Assembly (NCBI GenBank): GCA_002748355.1
Contig: PDSF01000041.1
Location: forward strand, 6,293-70,292
Length of the DNA: 64,000 nucleotides
DNA from: Planctomycetota bacterium
Lineage (GTDB): Bacteria > Planctomycetota > UBA1135 > GCA-002748355
Reading direction: 5' to 3'
A program made the translations under genes and the position numbers. The notes beneath the pieces are model-generated. The model saw only the letters and a program-made list of their open reading frames with translations. It was not told the DNA's origin and searched no databases. Shown one piece after another: positions 1-9,238 of the stretch (position 1 is the first letter of the stretch; each line of letters starts with the position of its first letter).

Positions 1-1
1 C

Positions 2-2242
2 AAGGAGAACGACGGCGCTTCGCACAGCGAACTGGCCAAGCGGGCGGCGCTGGCGGCCAAGGCCCAGCGAGATGAGCTGAGCGCCGAATACACCCGCGAG
101 CTCACCCAGTTGGCGCAGGAGCAGGTTCGGCTGGCCCTGCATCTCGACCCTCCGCTCTGGGGGACACTCGAGTCCCTGCTGAAGCGACCTTCGCTCTCCG
201 GGCAGCAAGAGAGCTTGTTGGAGGTGGCCTATCAGGCCCTGACCAAGCGCTCCCTCGACCGCAAGAGTCTCAATGGTTCGCTTCCGGACCTGCGCTCCCT
301 GCATCGCTGGCTGGAGGAGGGTTTTGCAGCTGGGACGGGGCCCAAGAAGAAGCGGGCCCCCAACCTTGCGTGGCTCTCGCTTTGGGCGCGGAGCTCTCTG
401 CTGCTTGGCGACGAGGCGCGGCAGCTCTGCGTCAAGCGGCTGCTGCACGAGCTGAGCAGCTTGGCCGAGGGCAGCGAGGGGCGGCTCTTTGAGCTGCTCG
501 CAGCCTTCCCGGTGCCGGCGGTGCGCAAGCGGGTCCTGAGCCGAACGAGTGACCTGCTGGCCTCGGGCAAGAGCGCGGCACTGGGCCCGGCACTCAGCTG
601 TATCGAGGCCTTGGGACCTGGCGCCGACGAGGCTCTGCGCGCGACGACGGAGGCGCTGCTGGCCGACTGTGTGACGCGCTCCAGCCTCGACGAGCCCCTG
701 CGGCAGCGCGCCCTCGATCTCTTGGGCTCGATTCGCCGCGACAGCGTGCTGGGGCGGCTGCGTTCGCTGGTGCTTTCTGGCAAGGGTGGCAGGAGTTCGG
801 AGAAGGAACTCGGCGAGGGCATGCGGCTCAAGGCCTTTGCCTGGGCGGTGACGCAGTCGCGCAATCAGCTCGGGCAGCTGCAGCGCTCGGAGCTGCAAGA
901 TGCCGCCAAGGCGCAGCTGGACTTTTTGCTGTCGGCTTCGAGGGTGGAGGCGGCGCCCCGGGTGCGGCTGGCTGCCGTGCGTGAGCTGGGGCGTTTCCCG
1001 CCGTCGCCGCGCAGCTTCGAAGAGGATGCTCGCCAGGGGATGGGGATGCGGATCCTCTCGGCGCTCTTGCTGCGACTGGAGGCCGAGCGCGAGGGTAGCT
1101 TTGTTCGCGCGATCCTGGACTCGATGCAGGAGCAGGCCAGCCGCAACCGAAGCGAGTCACTGGGCTTGCAGCTCATCGTCCGTTCCATGGGCTTCCTTTC
1201 GGCGCGCGGCCCGAGCTATGCCGGAGTCGCCGCCGAAGATGTGCAGCGGCGTCGGCGCCTGCTTTCAGAACATCAGCAGCGCTACCGCGAGGCGCTTGCT
1301 GCCTTGAGTGGTGGCCATCAGGTTCCGGCCAAGGTCGCACTCGCGCTCGGCTCGCAGCTTGCCAAGGCGGCCCTGGAGCAGGAAGCCTTGCTCTTGCTGG
1401 CCAGTCCCCCGCTGCGCCGAGGTCTTGCCGGGACCGACTACGAACTCGGCAAGTCGGTGTCCTGGTCGGAGGTCGAGGCGCAGGGCTTCCGTTCGCAGTG
1501 GGCCCAGTTGCTCCTGGCGGCTTTGGCCGCGGGCGAAGCCTCGGGCCGAGTCGCGCCGAGCGCAGCGTATTGCCAAGCCGCGGTGCTGGCCGGCCAGTCC
1601 GCCTTGCGTGAGCTGGGAGCCGAGCGTCCGGATGCTCTCTTCGTCTTGGCTCGTGCCCTTGTCCTTGAGGGCAAGGGGGCCTCGGCCGCTGCCGCGCGCA
1701 AGCTCCTCACGCGCTTCCTGGCCCAGGTCTCCGCCGAGGACAAGCACCATGCGGCCGCGCGGCAGCTGCTTGGAAGAAGCTGGCTCGGCTCTGGGGATGC
1801 TGCGCAAGCCATTAAGGCTCTGCAGGGGGTGAATACTGCGGGAGCGAAGCGCCTCCTCGCCAAGGCCTATCTCCAGGGCAGGGACTATCCCGCAGCGGCG
1901 AAGCTCTACGACGCCCTGGCGCGCATTCCCCAGCTAGGACCCGACGAGAAGCTGGGCTTTGAACTGGGCGCCATCCAGGCACGCATCGAGATCGGTGAAG
2001 CCCTCGACGCTCTGGCAAAGCGCCTAGCAGCAATCAAGCCTGGCGACGACGCCGAGCTGCAGTCGCGCCTGCAGGCCCTCCAAAAGCGGCTCGCCGAACG
2101 TCGGAAGCAGGCGGCAGCTAAGGCGGGGGGAGCAAAGGGCAAAGCCCGCAAAACAACCGGCAGCAAAACATCCGGCAGCAAAACATCCGGCAGCAAAACA
2201 TCCGGCAGCAAAACATCCGGCAGCAAGGCCAAGGGCGGCTAG
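2..2242 (+). CDS. HEAT/ARM + TPR-like alpha-solenoid protein, 5' truncated by the window edge
   Basis: The frame is open from base 2 (KENDGASHSELAKR...) upstream of the track start at 110. It is L/A/R-rich and helical, with TPR-like segments near the C-terminus and a K/S/G low-complexity tail. Confidence 0.65.
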   Translation, partial: KENDGASHSELAKRAALAAKAQRDELSAEYTRELTQLAQEQVRLALHLDPPLWGTLESLLKRPSLSGQQESLLEVAYQALTKRSLDRKSLNGSLPDLRSLHRWLEEGFAAGTGPKKKRAPNLAWLSLWARSSLLLGDEARQLCVKRLLHELSSLAEGSEGRLFELLAAFPVPAVRKRVLSRTSDLLASGKSAALGPALSCIEALGPGADEALRATTEALLADCVTRSSLDEPLRQRALDLLGSIRRDSVLGRLRSLVLSGKGGRSSEKELGEGMRLKAFAWAVTQSRNQLGQLQRSELQDAAKAQLDFLLSASRVEAAPRVRLAAVRELGRFPPSPRSFEEDARQGMGMRILSALLLRLEAEREGSFVRAILDSMQEQASRNRSESLGLQLIVRSMGFLSARGPSYAGVAAEDVQRRRRLLSEHQQRYREALAALSGGHQVPAKVALALGSQLAKAALEQEALLLLASPPLRRGLAGTDYELGKSVSWSEVEAQGFRSQWAQLLLAALAAGEASGRVAPSAAYCQAAVLAGQSALRELGAERPDALFVLARALVLEGKGASAAAARKLLTRFLAQVSAEDKHHAAARQLLGRSWLGSGDAAQAIKALQGVNTAGAKRLLAKAYLQGRDYPAAAKLYDALARIPQLGPDEKLGFELGAIQARIEIGEALDALAKRLAAIKPGDDAELQSRLQALQKRLAERRKQAAAKAGGAKGKARKTTGSKTSGSKTSGSKTSGSKTSGSKAKGG
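2159..2226 (+). repeat. 15-bp tandem repeat GGCAGCAAAACATCC x4 plus a partial copy (encodes GSKTS)
   Basis: Read directly at 2159-2218; in frame in the CDS tail. Confidence 0.95.
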
Positions 2243-2286
2243 AACCCCCTCTCCGAGCTAGAGTTCGAGAGAGTTGGCACGGACTG

Positions 2287-2314
2287 TTGCAAAGCAAGCG
2301 GCTAGCACTACACT
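2287..2314 (+). promoter_or_regulatory. Putative sigma70-type promoter of tRNA-fMet
   Basis: TTGCAA (2287-2292), 16-bp spacer, TACACT (2309-2314), then a GC-rich stretch before the tRNA. Confidence 0.45.
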
Positions 2315-2328
2315 CCTCGCTCCTCCAA

Positions 2329-2405
<77 letters not shown>

Positions 2406-2411
2406 AAAAGT

Positions 2412-2457
2412 CAAACAGCCCCGATGGCCTTGCCAGCGGGGCTGTTTGCATTTTTTC
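2412..2457 (+). terminator. Rho-independent terminator after the tRNA
   Basis: 12-bp inverted repeat CAAACAGCCCCG / CGGGGCTGTTTG followed by a T-run. Confidence 0.75.
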
Positions 2458-2560
2458 GGTAGCGCTCGCATTTTCCAGCAGCGCTGCTTTGCGACTCTGG
2501 GCACCTAGCTTCCATCCGCATCGATCGACGCCTACGGAGTTCTTCGCTCGCCTGCAAAGG

Positions 2561-2790
2561 TTGCGTTTGGCGAATCCCCAGCTTTTTGTCCTAGCGACCT
2601 GTCCTAGTGACGAAGGCCAGGGCAGAGCGCGTGTCTTCTCGCCCTCCGCTGCGCCTCGAGCCTCGCATGGTCGTGGCCATGTACCTCGCGAACTCAAGCC
2701 GGCGAAGGGCTTCTTGTGCAGCGATGGCGACATGAAGCTCTTGGTCTTTGCGGCCCTTGCCTTTGCTTAGGCTCCGGTTTTGCCGCAGCA
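2561..2790 (-). pseudogene. Possible degraded tyrosine recombinase fragment
   Basis: The minus frame reads KGKGRKDQELHV...QEALRRL...LAFVTRTGR*DKKLGIRQTQ, resembling the Xer/integrase GKGxKxR...LF...G segment. It has an internal stop and lies next to a tRNA 3' end. Confidence 0.25.
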
Positions 2791-3030
2791 GGGTCGCTTT
2801 GTTATGCGAGTGCATGGCAGGGTATTGCAGCGCTGGATTTCCTGCAGTTTCGGGCATCTTAGGTGGGGCGCTCAGGCGGGGGATCTCCTTGCTGCCTATC
2901 GATTGAGGCGCAGCTTGCTTGGCGTTAGCTTCTGCCCGCTCTTGAAGGCGTGGCCCCGAAAGGGCCTGCGCTATTCGATGTACGGAATGAAGCCTTCGTT
3001 AACGAATGTGGCGCTCTCACGAATGGAGCA

Positions 3031-4062
3031 ATGATCCTGGGGCTTATCGTGAAGATCACCTTAGAAGACATACAAAAGCATCTGGATAGCCTGACCAAGC
3101 CCATAGGCAGCCTTGCTCGGCTTGAGGAGATTGCGGCCCAGTTGTGTTTATGTCAGCAGACGCTGCAGCCGCAGACTCGGCCTCGGAACATGGTGTTGTT
3201 TGCTGCGGATCACGGTGTCGTGGCGGAGGGAGTGTCGGCATGGCCCTCCGAGGTGACGGAGTTGATGATCCAAAATATCCTCGGCGGGGGCGCGGCCAGC
3301 AGTGTCCTGGCCCGGAATAACGGGACCGCGCTTCGCTTGGTGGATGTGGGCTCTCTGGGGCAGCCTCGGGTGGAGAGTGAGTCGTATCGCTGCGCGAAGC
3401 TTGCGGCGGGAACGGCGAATTTGGCTAAGCAGCCGGCGATGACCAAGGCGCAGTTTGAAGAGGCCTATGCCGTTGGGCAGCAGGAAGCTGAGGATGCGGT
3501 GCAGGGCGGAGCGAGGATCCTCGCTTCGGGTGAAATGGGGATTGGCAATACCACGGCGGCCACCTGCTTGACGGCCCTGCTCTGCGGCTGCGATGTTGCC
3601 TCTATCACCGGGCGGGGGGCTGGTGCCGACGATGCGGTTTTGCACAAGAAGATCGCGGTGATTCGCAAGGCTGTCGAGCGGGTGCAGCGCAGCTCTCGGG
3701 GCGATTTGGTCGAGGATATTGCAGCGCTTTGTGGCTTTGAGATCGCTGCTATGGCGGGGTTTTATAGCCGGGCAGCTGAGCTTACGACGATCGTGGTCAT
3801 TGACGGCTTCATCGCGACGGCTGCGGCGCTCATTGCCGAGAGGCTGGCCAAGGGCAGCCGCGAGTACATGATCGCCTCGCATTCCTCGGCTGAGCAGGGG
3901 CACCGGCACTTGCTCAATGAGCTGCAGCTACGGCCGCTGTTGGAGTGGTCCATGCGTCTAGGCGAGGGGAGCGGGGCCTTGCTGGTCATGCCCATGCTCG
4001 ATGCGGCGGCAGAGATCACCAAGATCATGGCGACCTTTGAGTCGCTTGGGATCGAGAGATGA
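3031..4062 (+). CDS. cobT: Nicotinate-nucleotide--dimethylbenzimidazole phosphoribosyltransferase
   Basis: LTKPIGSLARLE, FAADHGVVAEGVSAWP, GEMGIGNTT and MRLGEGSGA motifs. Start moved to ATG 3031, which follows GGAG. Confidence 0.95.
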   Translation: MILGLIVKITLEDIQKHLDSLTKPIGSLARLEEIAAQLCLCQQTLQPQTRPRNMVLFAADHGVVAEGVSAWPSEVTELMIQNILGGGAASSVLARNNGTALRLVDVGSLGQPRVESESYRCAKLAAGTANLAKQPAMTKAQFEEAYAVGQQEAEDAVQGGARILASGEMGIGNTTAATCLTALLCGCDVASITGRGAGADDAVLHKKIAVIRKAVERVQRSSRGDLVEDIAALCGFEIAAMAGFYSRAAELTTIVVIDGFIATAAALIAERLAKGSREYMIASHSSAEQGHRHLLNELQLRPLLEWSMRLGEGSGALLVMPMLDAAAEITKIMATFESLGIER

Positions 4063-4844
4063 TGAACTACGTGGTGCTGCCGTTTCTGACGGCAGTCCAG
4101 TTCTTGACGCGGCTTCCGGTTCCTGGCGGAAACAAGCCGGCAGGGCCAGAGGTCTTCCAGCGGGTTGTCATCTACCTGCCGCTGGTCGGCTTGCTGATTG
4201 GGGCCATTACCGCTCTGGTTTTTGGCTCGGCGAGTCTGGTCTTTAACCCCTTGTTGGCAGCAGCGATCGCTGTGGCTGTGGAGATGCTGGTGACCGGCGC
4301 TTTTCACGAAGACGCCGTTGCGGATTATTTTGACGCCTTTGGTGGTGGCTGGAGTAAAGAAGACATCCTGCGGATCCTGAAGGATAGTCGCATCGGCAGT
4401 TATGGGGCCTCGGCACTTATTGCCGCTCTCTTGTTGCGGATATTCGCCATGGCATCTTTGGAGGAGCAGCCCTACTTGGTGATTTTGGCCTCGGCGGCGC
4501 TGGGTCGGCTGGCCACGGTGCTGTCCATCCGCTGGCTGAAGCCCATCGCTGCGCGAGAGGGCTTGGCCAAGGAGGCCGGGCACCAGGCTCGGTGGAGAGA
4601 TGTGCTCCTTGCTGGCTTGCTTATTCTGCCCATGCTTCTGGTTTGGGCCTGGGTCATGCCCTTGAAGGCGGCGCTCAGCCTGCTCTGCGCAGCCGGGGCC
4701 ACGCTCTTGGTGCTGCACAAGATCCGCACGAAGATCGGCGGCATGACCGGGGATTGCCTGGGGATGATCTGTTATCTGACCCAGGTGATGGTTCTGCTTG
4801 TGGGGGCGGCGAATCTGCAGAGGCTGAATTGGCTCGGGTATTGA
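4059..4844 (+). CDS. cobS: Adenosylcobinamide-GDP ribazoletransferase (cobalamin synthase)
   Basis: QFLTRLP, TGAFHEDAVADYFDA, KDSRIGSYG and GGMTGDCLG motifs; multi-TM; ATGA overlap with cobT. Confidence 0.95.
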   Translation: MMNYVVLPFLTAVQFLTRLPVPGGNKPAGPEVFQRVVIYLPLVGLLIGAITALVFGSASLVFNPLLAAAIAVAVEMLVTGAFHEDAVADYFDAFGGGWSKEDILRILKDSRIGSYGASALIAALLLRIFAMASLEEQPYLVILASAALGRLATVLSIRWLKPIAAREGLAKEAGHQARWRDVLLAGLLILPMLLVWAWVMPLKAALSLLCAAGATLLVLHKIRTKIGGMTGDCLGMICYLTQVMVLLVGAANLQRLNWLGY

Positions 4845-5395
4845 TTCTCATCCGCCATGGGCAAGTCCATGAGCGCTACCAGGGAGTTTGTTATGGATCG
4901 AGGGATGTGGAGCTCAGCGAGCTTGGCAAGGCTCAGAGTCGGTCGCTGGTCGATGAGCTAGCAAACCAGGCGCTTACCGGGATTTACCACAGCGACATGC
5001 TGCGTACCCGATTTTTGGCGGAGCTCCTGGCGGAGAGATCTGGGGTCGAAGCCCTTCCCGATACGAGGCTGCGAGAGCGGTGTTTTGGCGCTTGGGAGCT
5101 GAAGAACTGGGATGAGATCTATGCCGAAAGCGGTGCGGCGATGGATGGGATGCTGGATGCTCCCGATTCCTTTGCCCCCGCCGGTGGCGAAACGACCTTC
5201 GCCCTGCGTGACCGGGTCTTGGCGTGGTACGCTGCGCTACCTGCGCGGGGCACTTTTGCCGTGGTCGCCCATGGTGGAGCCATCGCTTCGCTGCTTGGGA
5301 CGCTCAGGGAGCTTCCTGTCAGGCAGTGGACTGAGTTGATACCGGCATGTGGCAGGTATGTCCTTCACTCAGAGGAATCGAGGATCGAGTGCTGA
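4841..5395 (+). CDS. cobC: Histidine phosphatase family protein, probable alpha-ribazole phosphatase
   Basis: LIRHG, LRERCFGAWE and VAHGG motifs. TTG start overlaps the cobS stop; cob context. Confidence 0.85.
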   Translation: MILIRHGQVHERYQGVCYGSRDVELSELGKAQSRSLVDELANQALTGIYHSDMLRTRFLAELLAERSGVEALPDTRLRERCFGAWELKNWDEIYAESGAAMDGMLDAPDSFAPAGGETTFALRDRVLAWYAALPARGTFAVVAHGGAIASLLGTLRELPVRQWTELIPACGRYVLHSEESRIEC

Positions 5396-5397
5396 GT

Positions 5398-6300
5398 ATG
5401 CGTTCTGTCATCATCGCGATTGTTGGGATCGGTCTGCTGCTGTTTCTCAAGCTGGGAGGGAGTGAGCAGCTAGCCGAGAGGGGCGGATCCGCCTCTAGCA
5501 TCTCTGTGCCGCGGACTGTGGTCTGCGTGAACCCAGCCGCGACCGAGATGATCTATGCGATGGGGCGCGAGGACTTGTTGGTCGCGGTCAGTGATTATTG
5601 TGACTACCCGGCGCAAGCCGCTTCCAAAGAGAAGATTGGCGGGGTCATCAATCCCAACCTCGAGAAACTCGCTGCCTTGAGCCCCGATTTGATCATCCTG
5701 CAAGGTAAGAGCGAGGTTCTGGCTAAGTTCTGCCAGCTCAGAGGTATTGAGGTTCTTCGCCTAGACTTGAGGAACTTGAAAGAGATCCTTTATGGAATCC
5801 AGGCCCTAGGTAGTCGGCTTGGCTGCTCGGCTGCAGCGGAGAAGCTCTGCGGGCAAGTAACAGCAGATCTCGATGAGCTAAGGCGGGTCCTTGCTGCTTC
5901 AGAGAAGAAGAGCGTGTTCTTATCTCTGTACCGTACGCCGGGCTCCCTCTCGGGCATGACCACGGTGGGGCCTGGTACCTTTCTGAGTGAGGTGATTGAG
6001 GTCGCCGGTGGGAGTAACGTGTTTGGTGATCTTAGACAGGATTACTCACCTGTTTCTAAGGAGTCCCTGCTGAAGCGGCAGCCAGATATCATTATTGAGC
6101 CCTGTAGCCCTTTACCTGCTTCGGCTGAAACGCTGGCCAAGACCCTGCAAGACTGGAGCAAGCTTCCCTCCTTACGAGCCGTGCAGCGAGGACAGGTCTT
6201 TGTCATCGATGCTGATTTGCTGTTACGACCGGGGCCGCGGCTTGCTCGCGCCGCGCGCGACTTGGCTAAGTTGATTCACCCGGAGCTTTTTGATGACTGA
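5398..6300 (+). CDS. btuF: Cobalamin/Fe-siderophore ABC transporter substrate-binding protein (BtuF-like)
   Basis: PAATEMIYAMG, VAVSDYCDYP, PNLEKLAALSPDLI and RPGPRL motifs; N-terminal hydrophobic anchor; cob context. Confidence 0.85.
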   Translation: MRSVIIAIVGIGLLLFLKLGGSEQLAERGGSASSISVPRTVVCVNPAATEMIYAMGREDLLVAVSDYCDYPAQAASKEKIGGVINPNLEKLAALSPDLIILQGKSEVLAKFCQLRGIEVLRLDLRNLKEILYGIQALGSRLGCSAAAEKLCGQVTADLDELRRVLAASEKKSVFLSLYRTPGSLSGMTTVGPGTFLSEVIEVAGGSNVFGDLRQDYSPVSKESLLKRQPDIIIEPCSPLPASAETLAKTLQDWSKLPSLRAVQRGQVFVIDADLLLRPGPRLARAARDLAKLIHPELFDD

Positions 6301-7120
6301 CGATTTGCTTCGACTTGAAGACGTAAGCTATTCCTATCCGCAGTCGAGTTGGAAGCTGGATCGTGTGCAGTTCTCGATGAACAAGGGCGAGTTCCTTGCC
6401 CTCATTGGCTCCAACGGTTCGGGAAAGAGCACCCTGTTGAAAATTGCTGCGGGGATCACCGCGCCGGCAAGCGGAGCGGTCCGACTTCGTAGTGCGAATC
6501 TCCAGAAGATCGCCAGGAAGAGCTTGGCGCAGAGTATCGGGTATCTGCCTCAGAACATTTCGCCGACCTTCGACTTTAGCGTCGAAGATGTGGTAGCTAT
6601 GGGGCGGTTTTGTCGCTCCGGCTACTTTGGCGCGCTGACTAGCAAGGACCGCGAGATTGTCGATCAGTGCATGGAGGCCACAGAGATACGAGCTTTTAGG
6701 GGGCGCAAGATCAACCAGCTCTCGGGCGGGGAGCGCCAGAGGGTACTGCTGGCCTCGGTTCTGGCGCAGCAGCCGGAAATCCTGCTGCTGGACGAGCCGA
6801 CAACGGGCCTGGACATCCATCATCAGGCATCGTTTTTTTCGTTGCTGGAGAGCTTTGCTAGGCAGCAAATGGCGGTTCTGGTCATTACCCATGACCTCAA
6901 TCTGGCCAGTCAGTTTTGCGGTCGGGTCATGCTGATGGACAGGGGGCGCATCCAGGTCTCTGGGACGGCAAATGAGGTCTTTGCTCGGATCCAGGAGATG
7001 GGGGAGTTCGCTGAGAACCTGTCTTTTTTCGAGCACCCCATGAATCAGAAACCTTCCATCCTCCCCTGTCATTGGAGAGATGTGGGAGATGCGGGAGATG
7101 CGGGGCGCAGGCAAGCATGA
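6290..7120 (+). CDS. ABC transporter ATP-binding protein (BtuD/FepC-like)
   Basis: Walker A GSNGSGKST, signature LSGGERQR, Walker B LLLDEPT, H-loop ITHD. Confidence 0.92.
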   Translation: MMTDDLLRLEDVSYSYPQSSWKLDRVQFSMNKGEFLALIGSNGSGKSTLLKIAAGITAPASGAVRLRSANLQKIARKSLAQSIGYLPQNISPTFDFSVEDVVAMGRFCRSGYFGALTSKDREIVDQCMEATEIRAFRGRKINQLSGGERQRVLLASVLAQQPEILLLDEPTTGLDIHHQASFFSLLESFARQQMAVLVITHDLNLASQFCGRVMLMDRGRIQVSGTANEVFARIQEMGEFAENLSFFEHPMNQKPSILPCHWRDVGDAGDAGRRQA

Positions 7121-8130
7121 AGGCAAAGCTGCAGTCAGAACGCAGGCATTTTGGCCTATACCTCTATGCCGCTCTTGCTCTTCTCTCGCTTCTTATCTTT
7201 CCCTTTGTCGGGGCCGAAGATCTCTGCCTAAGGACGATTTGGAGTGATTTGTCCCAGGGCAGGGTTTCCCAGGTGGATACGGAGATCTTCGTTTCTCTCC
7301 GGCTTCCCCGGGTCTTGCTGGCCTTTTTGACGGGTGCGGTTCTGGCGGTATGCGGCAATGCCTTCCAGGTGATTTTGCGGAATCCTCTAGCCACCCCCTA
7401 TACGCTTGGCGTGACCGGTGGGGCTGCGGTAGGGGCCTACTTGGCCATCGCGTTTCCGGCTTTGAATCTCTCGCTGGGTACCGTGACGACGGTCCAGTTT
7501 ATGGCCATGGCGGGCTCCGCTTTGATCGTGTTTTTGATCTATGTCGCATCGCGAAAAAGGACGGGGATCTCCACGCACACCATGCTTCTGGCAGGGGTGA
7601 CGATCAGCATCATCTGTGGAGCCTTGATCCTTCTGATTCGCTATTTGACCAAGCCAGGTCTCCTAGTCTCGCTCGACAGGTGGACGATGGGGCAGCTTGA
7701 TACTGTGGGCTTTGAATCGCTCTATGCCGTCGCGGCGTTGTCGCTACTTGGGCTCTTGTTCATTGCTCTTAGTGCTCGGGGGCTCAACCACATATCCCTT
7801 GGCGAAGACTTGGCCATGGGGCACGGGGTGGATGTCGCGCGGGTGCAAAAACTCTGCTTCATCGGCGGTTCGCTGGCCACAGCGTCTGTTGTTTCGGTGG
7901 CTGGGCCTATTGGTTTTATTGGGCTGATCGTGCCGCACGCCGTGCGAAAGATCTCCGGGTTTCATAACCAGCGCGTTCTGCTCGGTTGTTTCTTTGTCGG
8001 TGGCGCCTTCCTGGTGATTTGCGACGCGGTGGCTCGGACGCTGCTTGCTCCCAGCGAAATCCCTGTGGGGGTCATTAGCGCTTTGATCGGCGGGCCGTGC
8101 TTTGTGTATGTGCTGCTCAAATTGCATTAG
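7117..8130 (+). CDS. FecCD/BtuC-family ABC permease
   Basis: LRLPRVLLA, RNPLATPYTLG, GPIGFIGLIVPH and EIPVGVISALIGGP motifs; ATGA overlap with the ATPase gene. Confidence 0.92.
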   Translation: MKAKLQSERRHFGLYLYAALALLSLLIFPFVGAEDLCLRTIWSDLSQGRVSQVDTEIFVSLRLPRVLLAFLTGAVLAVCGNAFQVILRNPLATPYTLGVTGGAAVGAYLAIAFPALNLSLGTVTTVQFMAMAGSALIVFLIYVASRKRTGISTHTMLLAGVTISIICGALILLIRYLTKPGLLVSLDRWTMGQLDTVGFESLYAVAALSLLGLLFIALSARGLNHISLGEDLAMGHGVDVARVQKLCFIGGSLATASVVSVAGPIGFIGLIVPHAVRKISGFHNQRVLLGCFFVGGAFLVICDAVARTLLAPSEIPVGVISALIGGPCFVYVLLKLH

Positions 8131-8158
8131 CACGTGCCATTCCTCTGCGCCGGAGCTG

Positions 8159-9070
8159 CTACTTCTCTGCCAGCAGCGTCTGCGGCCCTAGCCGCGAGAG
8201 CTCTGCCGGGGCGAGGAGGAGGATTTGGTTGGCCTTGGCGGCTTGCTCGGCGCCCTTGGTGTAGCCGTTGCTTGCGACTACCGCTGCGTATTCAGCTTGG
8301 TGGACGGCGCGGGCGCTGCTGATCTCTTGGACCGGGGTATTGCCGACGGCCCGGCTATAGCGTTTGCACTGGAGCACTAGGCGTTGGCCGTCGTGCTCAG
8401 CGATAACATCGGCGCCTTGGTCGCCAGAGCCGGCGGGGAGCCAGACCTTGTTCCAGCCGGCTTTCCGCAGGGCGTCAGCACACCAAGCTTCGAATTGAGC
8501 TGGGCTTAGAGCCTCAATCTCGTCGGCGGGAACTTGGCGAAGTCCGCCGCCAGCCTCGATGAATTTGCGGATGAACTGGTCGGCCCAGCGGCGCAGTTTG
8601 CCGCTGCCCAGCAGGGTCTTGCTTGGGTTCTGGCCGTAGACATAGGCGAGTTCGGGGAGCACGACCTCGTCGATGAAGAAATCGAGTTCTTTCTCCCATT
8701 TGGACGGCTTCGAGGTCCCGTAGCGCCCTGGCTGGGTGAGGGCGATGCGCTGCCTGCTCAGTGCTTCGATGTTCTCGAAGCAGATGCGCTGGGTGCTGCC
8801 CTTGGGCCCCTTGCGAATCTTGGGCTTGCGCAGGCCGAGTGCTGAGAGCTTGCTCCTGGCGGCACGCAGTCTCCCCCTTTCTTGGCGGTCGATGAGCTCC
8901 AGAAAGGCCAGGGCAGCGATGAGGAGGGAGCCGGGGACGAAGACCAGGGCCTGGAGCCAGACATGGCTGGAAGCGGCGCTGGCGATCGCGGCGCCGCCTG
9001 CCAGGCCCAGTAGAGCTGCCAGGGAGCCGAAGCGCTGGCGGTTCTGGCGCCTGACCACTTCGTCGATCAC
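8159..9070 (-). CDS. Membrane-anchored Mrr-family restriction endonuclease-domain protein
   Basis: Two N-terminal TM helices. C-terminal QFEAWCADAL...GDQGADVIAE...LQCKRY...GYTKGA matches the Mrr_cat D..QxK pattern. Confidence 0.8.
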   Translation of the reverse strand: MIDEVVRRQNRQRFGSLAALLGLAGGAAIASAASSHVWLQALVFVPGSLLIAALAFLELIDRQERGRLRAARSKLSALGLRKPKIRKGPKGSTQRICFENIEALSRQRIALTQPGRYGTSKPSKWEKELDFFIDEVVLPELAYVYGQNPSKTLLGSGKLRRWADQFIRKFIEAGGGLRQVPADEIEALSPAQFEAWCADALRKAGWNKVWLPAGSGDQGADVIAEHDGQRLVLQCKRYSRAVGNTPVQEISSARAVHQAEYAAVVASNGYTKGAEQAAKANQILLLAPAELSRLGPQTLLAEK

Positions 9071-9238
9071 TGTGCTCCCTCCTTCGAGTCCGGGCAGAAT
9101 TTCGCGGTCCGGCTGGGCCCTCGGCCTGCTTCCTTGGTCTTTCTTAGCGTTGCCGGCAGAGATGTCGACCGCGAGCCAGGTTGGTAGCTAGGGGCAAGCC
9201 TGCTTGCCTCTCTGGGTCCAGGGCGCAAACTTCCTGCT

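Noticed and set aside
2450-3030. Cobalamin riboswitch upstream of cobT
   Set aside because: I could not find the conserved B12-box or GGGAA...ACTG core by eye. An Rfam scan would be decisive.
4592-4840. Upstream ORF-track extensions (cobC 4592, cobT 2950, btuC 7072, recJ 39797, selA 39652, mutL 43424, nadD 54812, NIL 55539, PPIase 32650)
   Set aside because: They overlap neighbouring genes or tRNAs or lack family similarity; downstream starts fit RBS or overlap evidence better.
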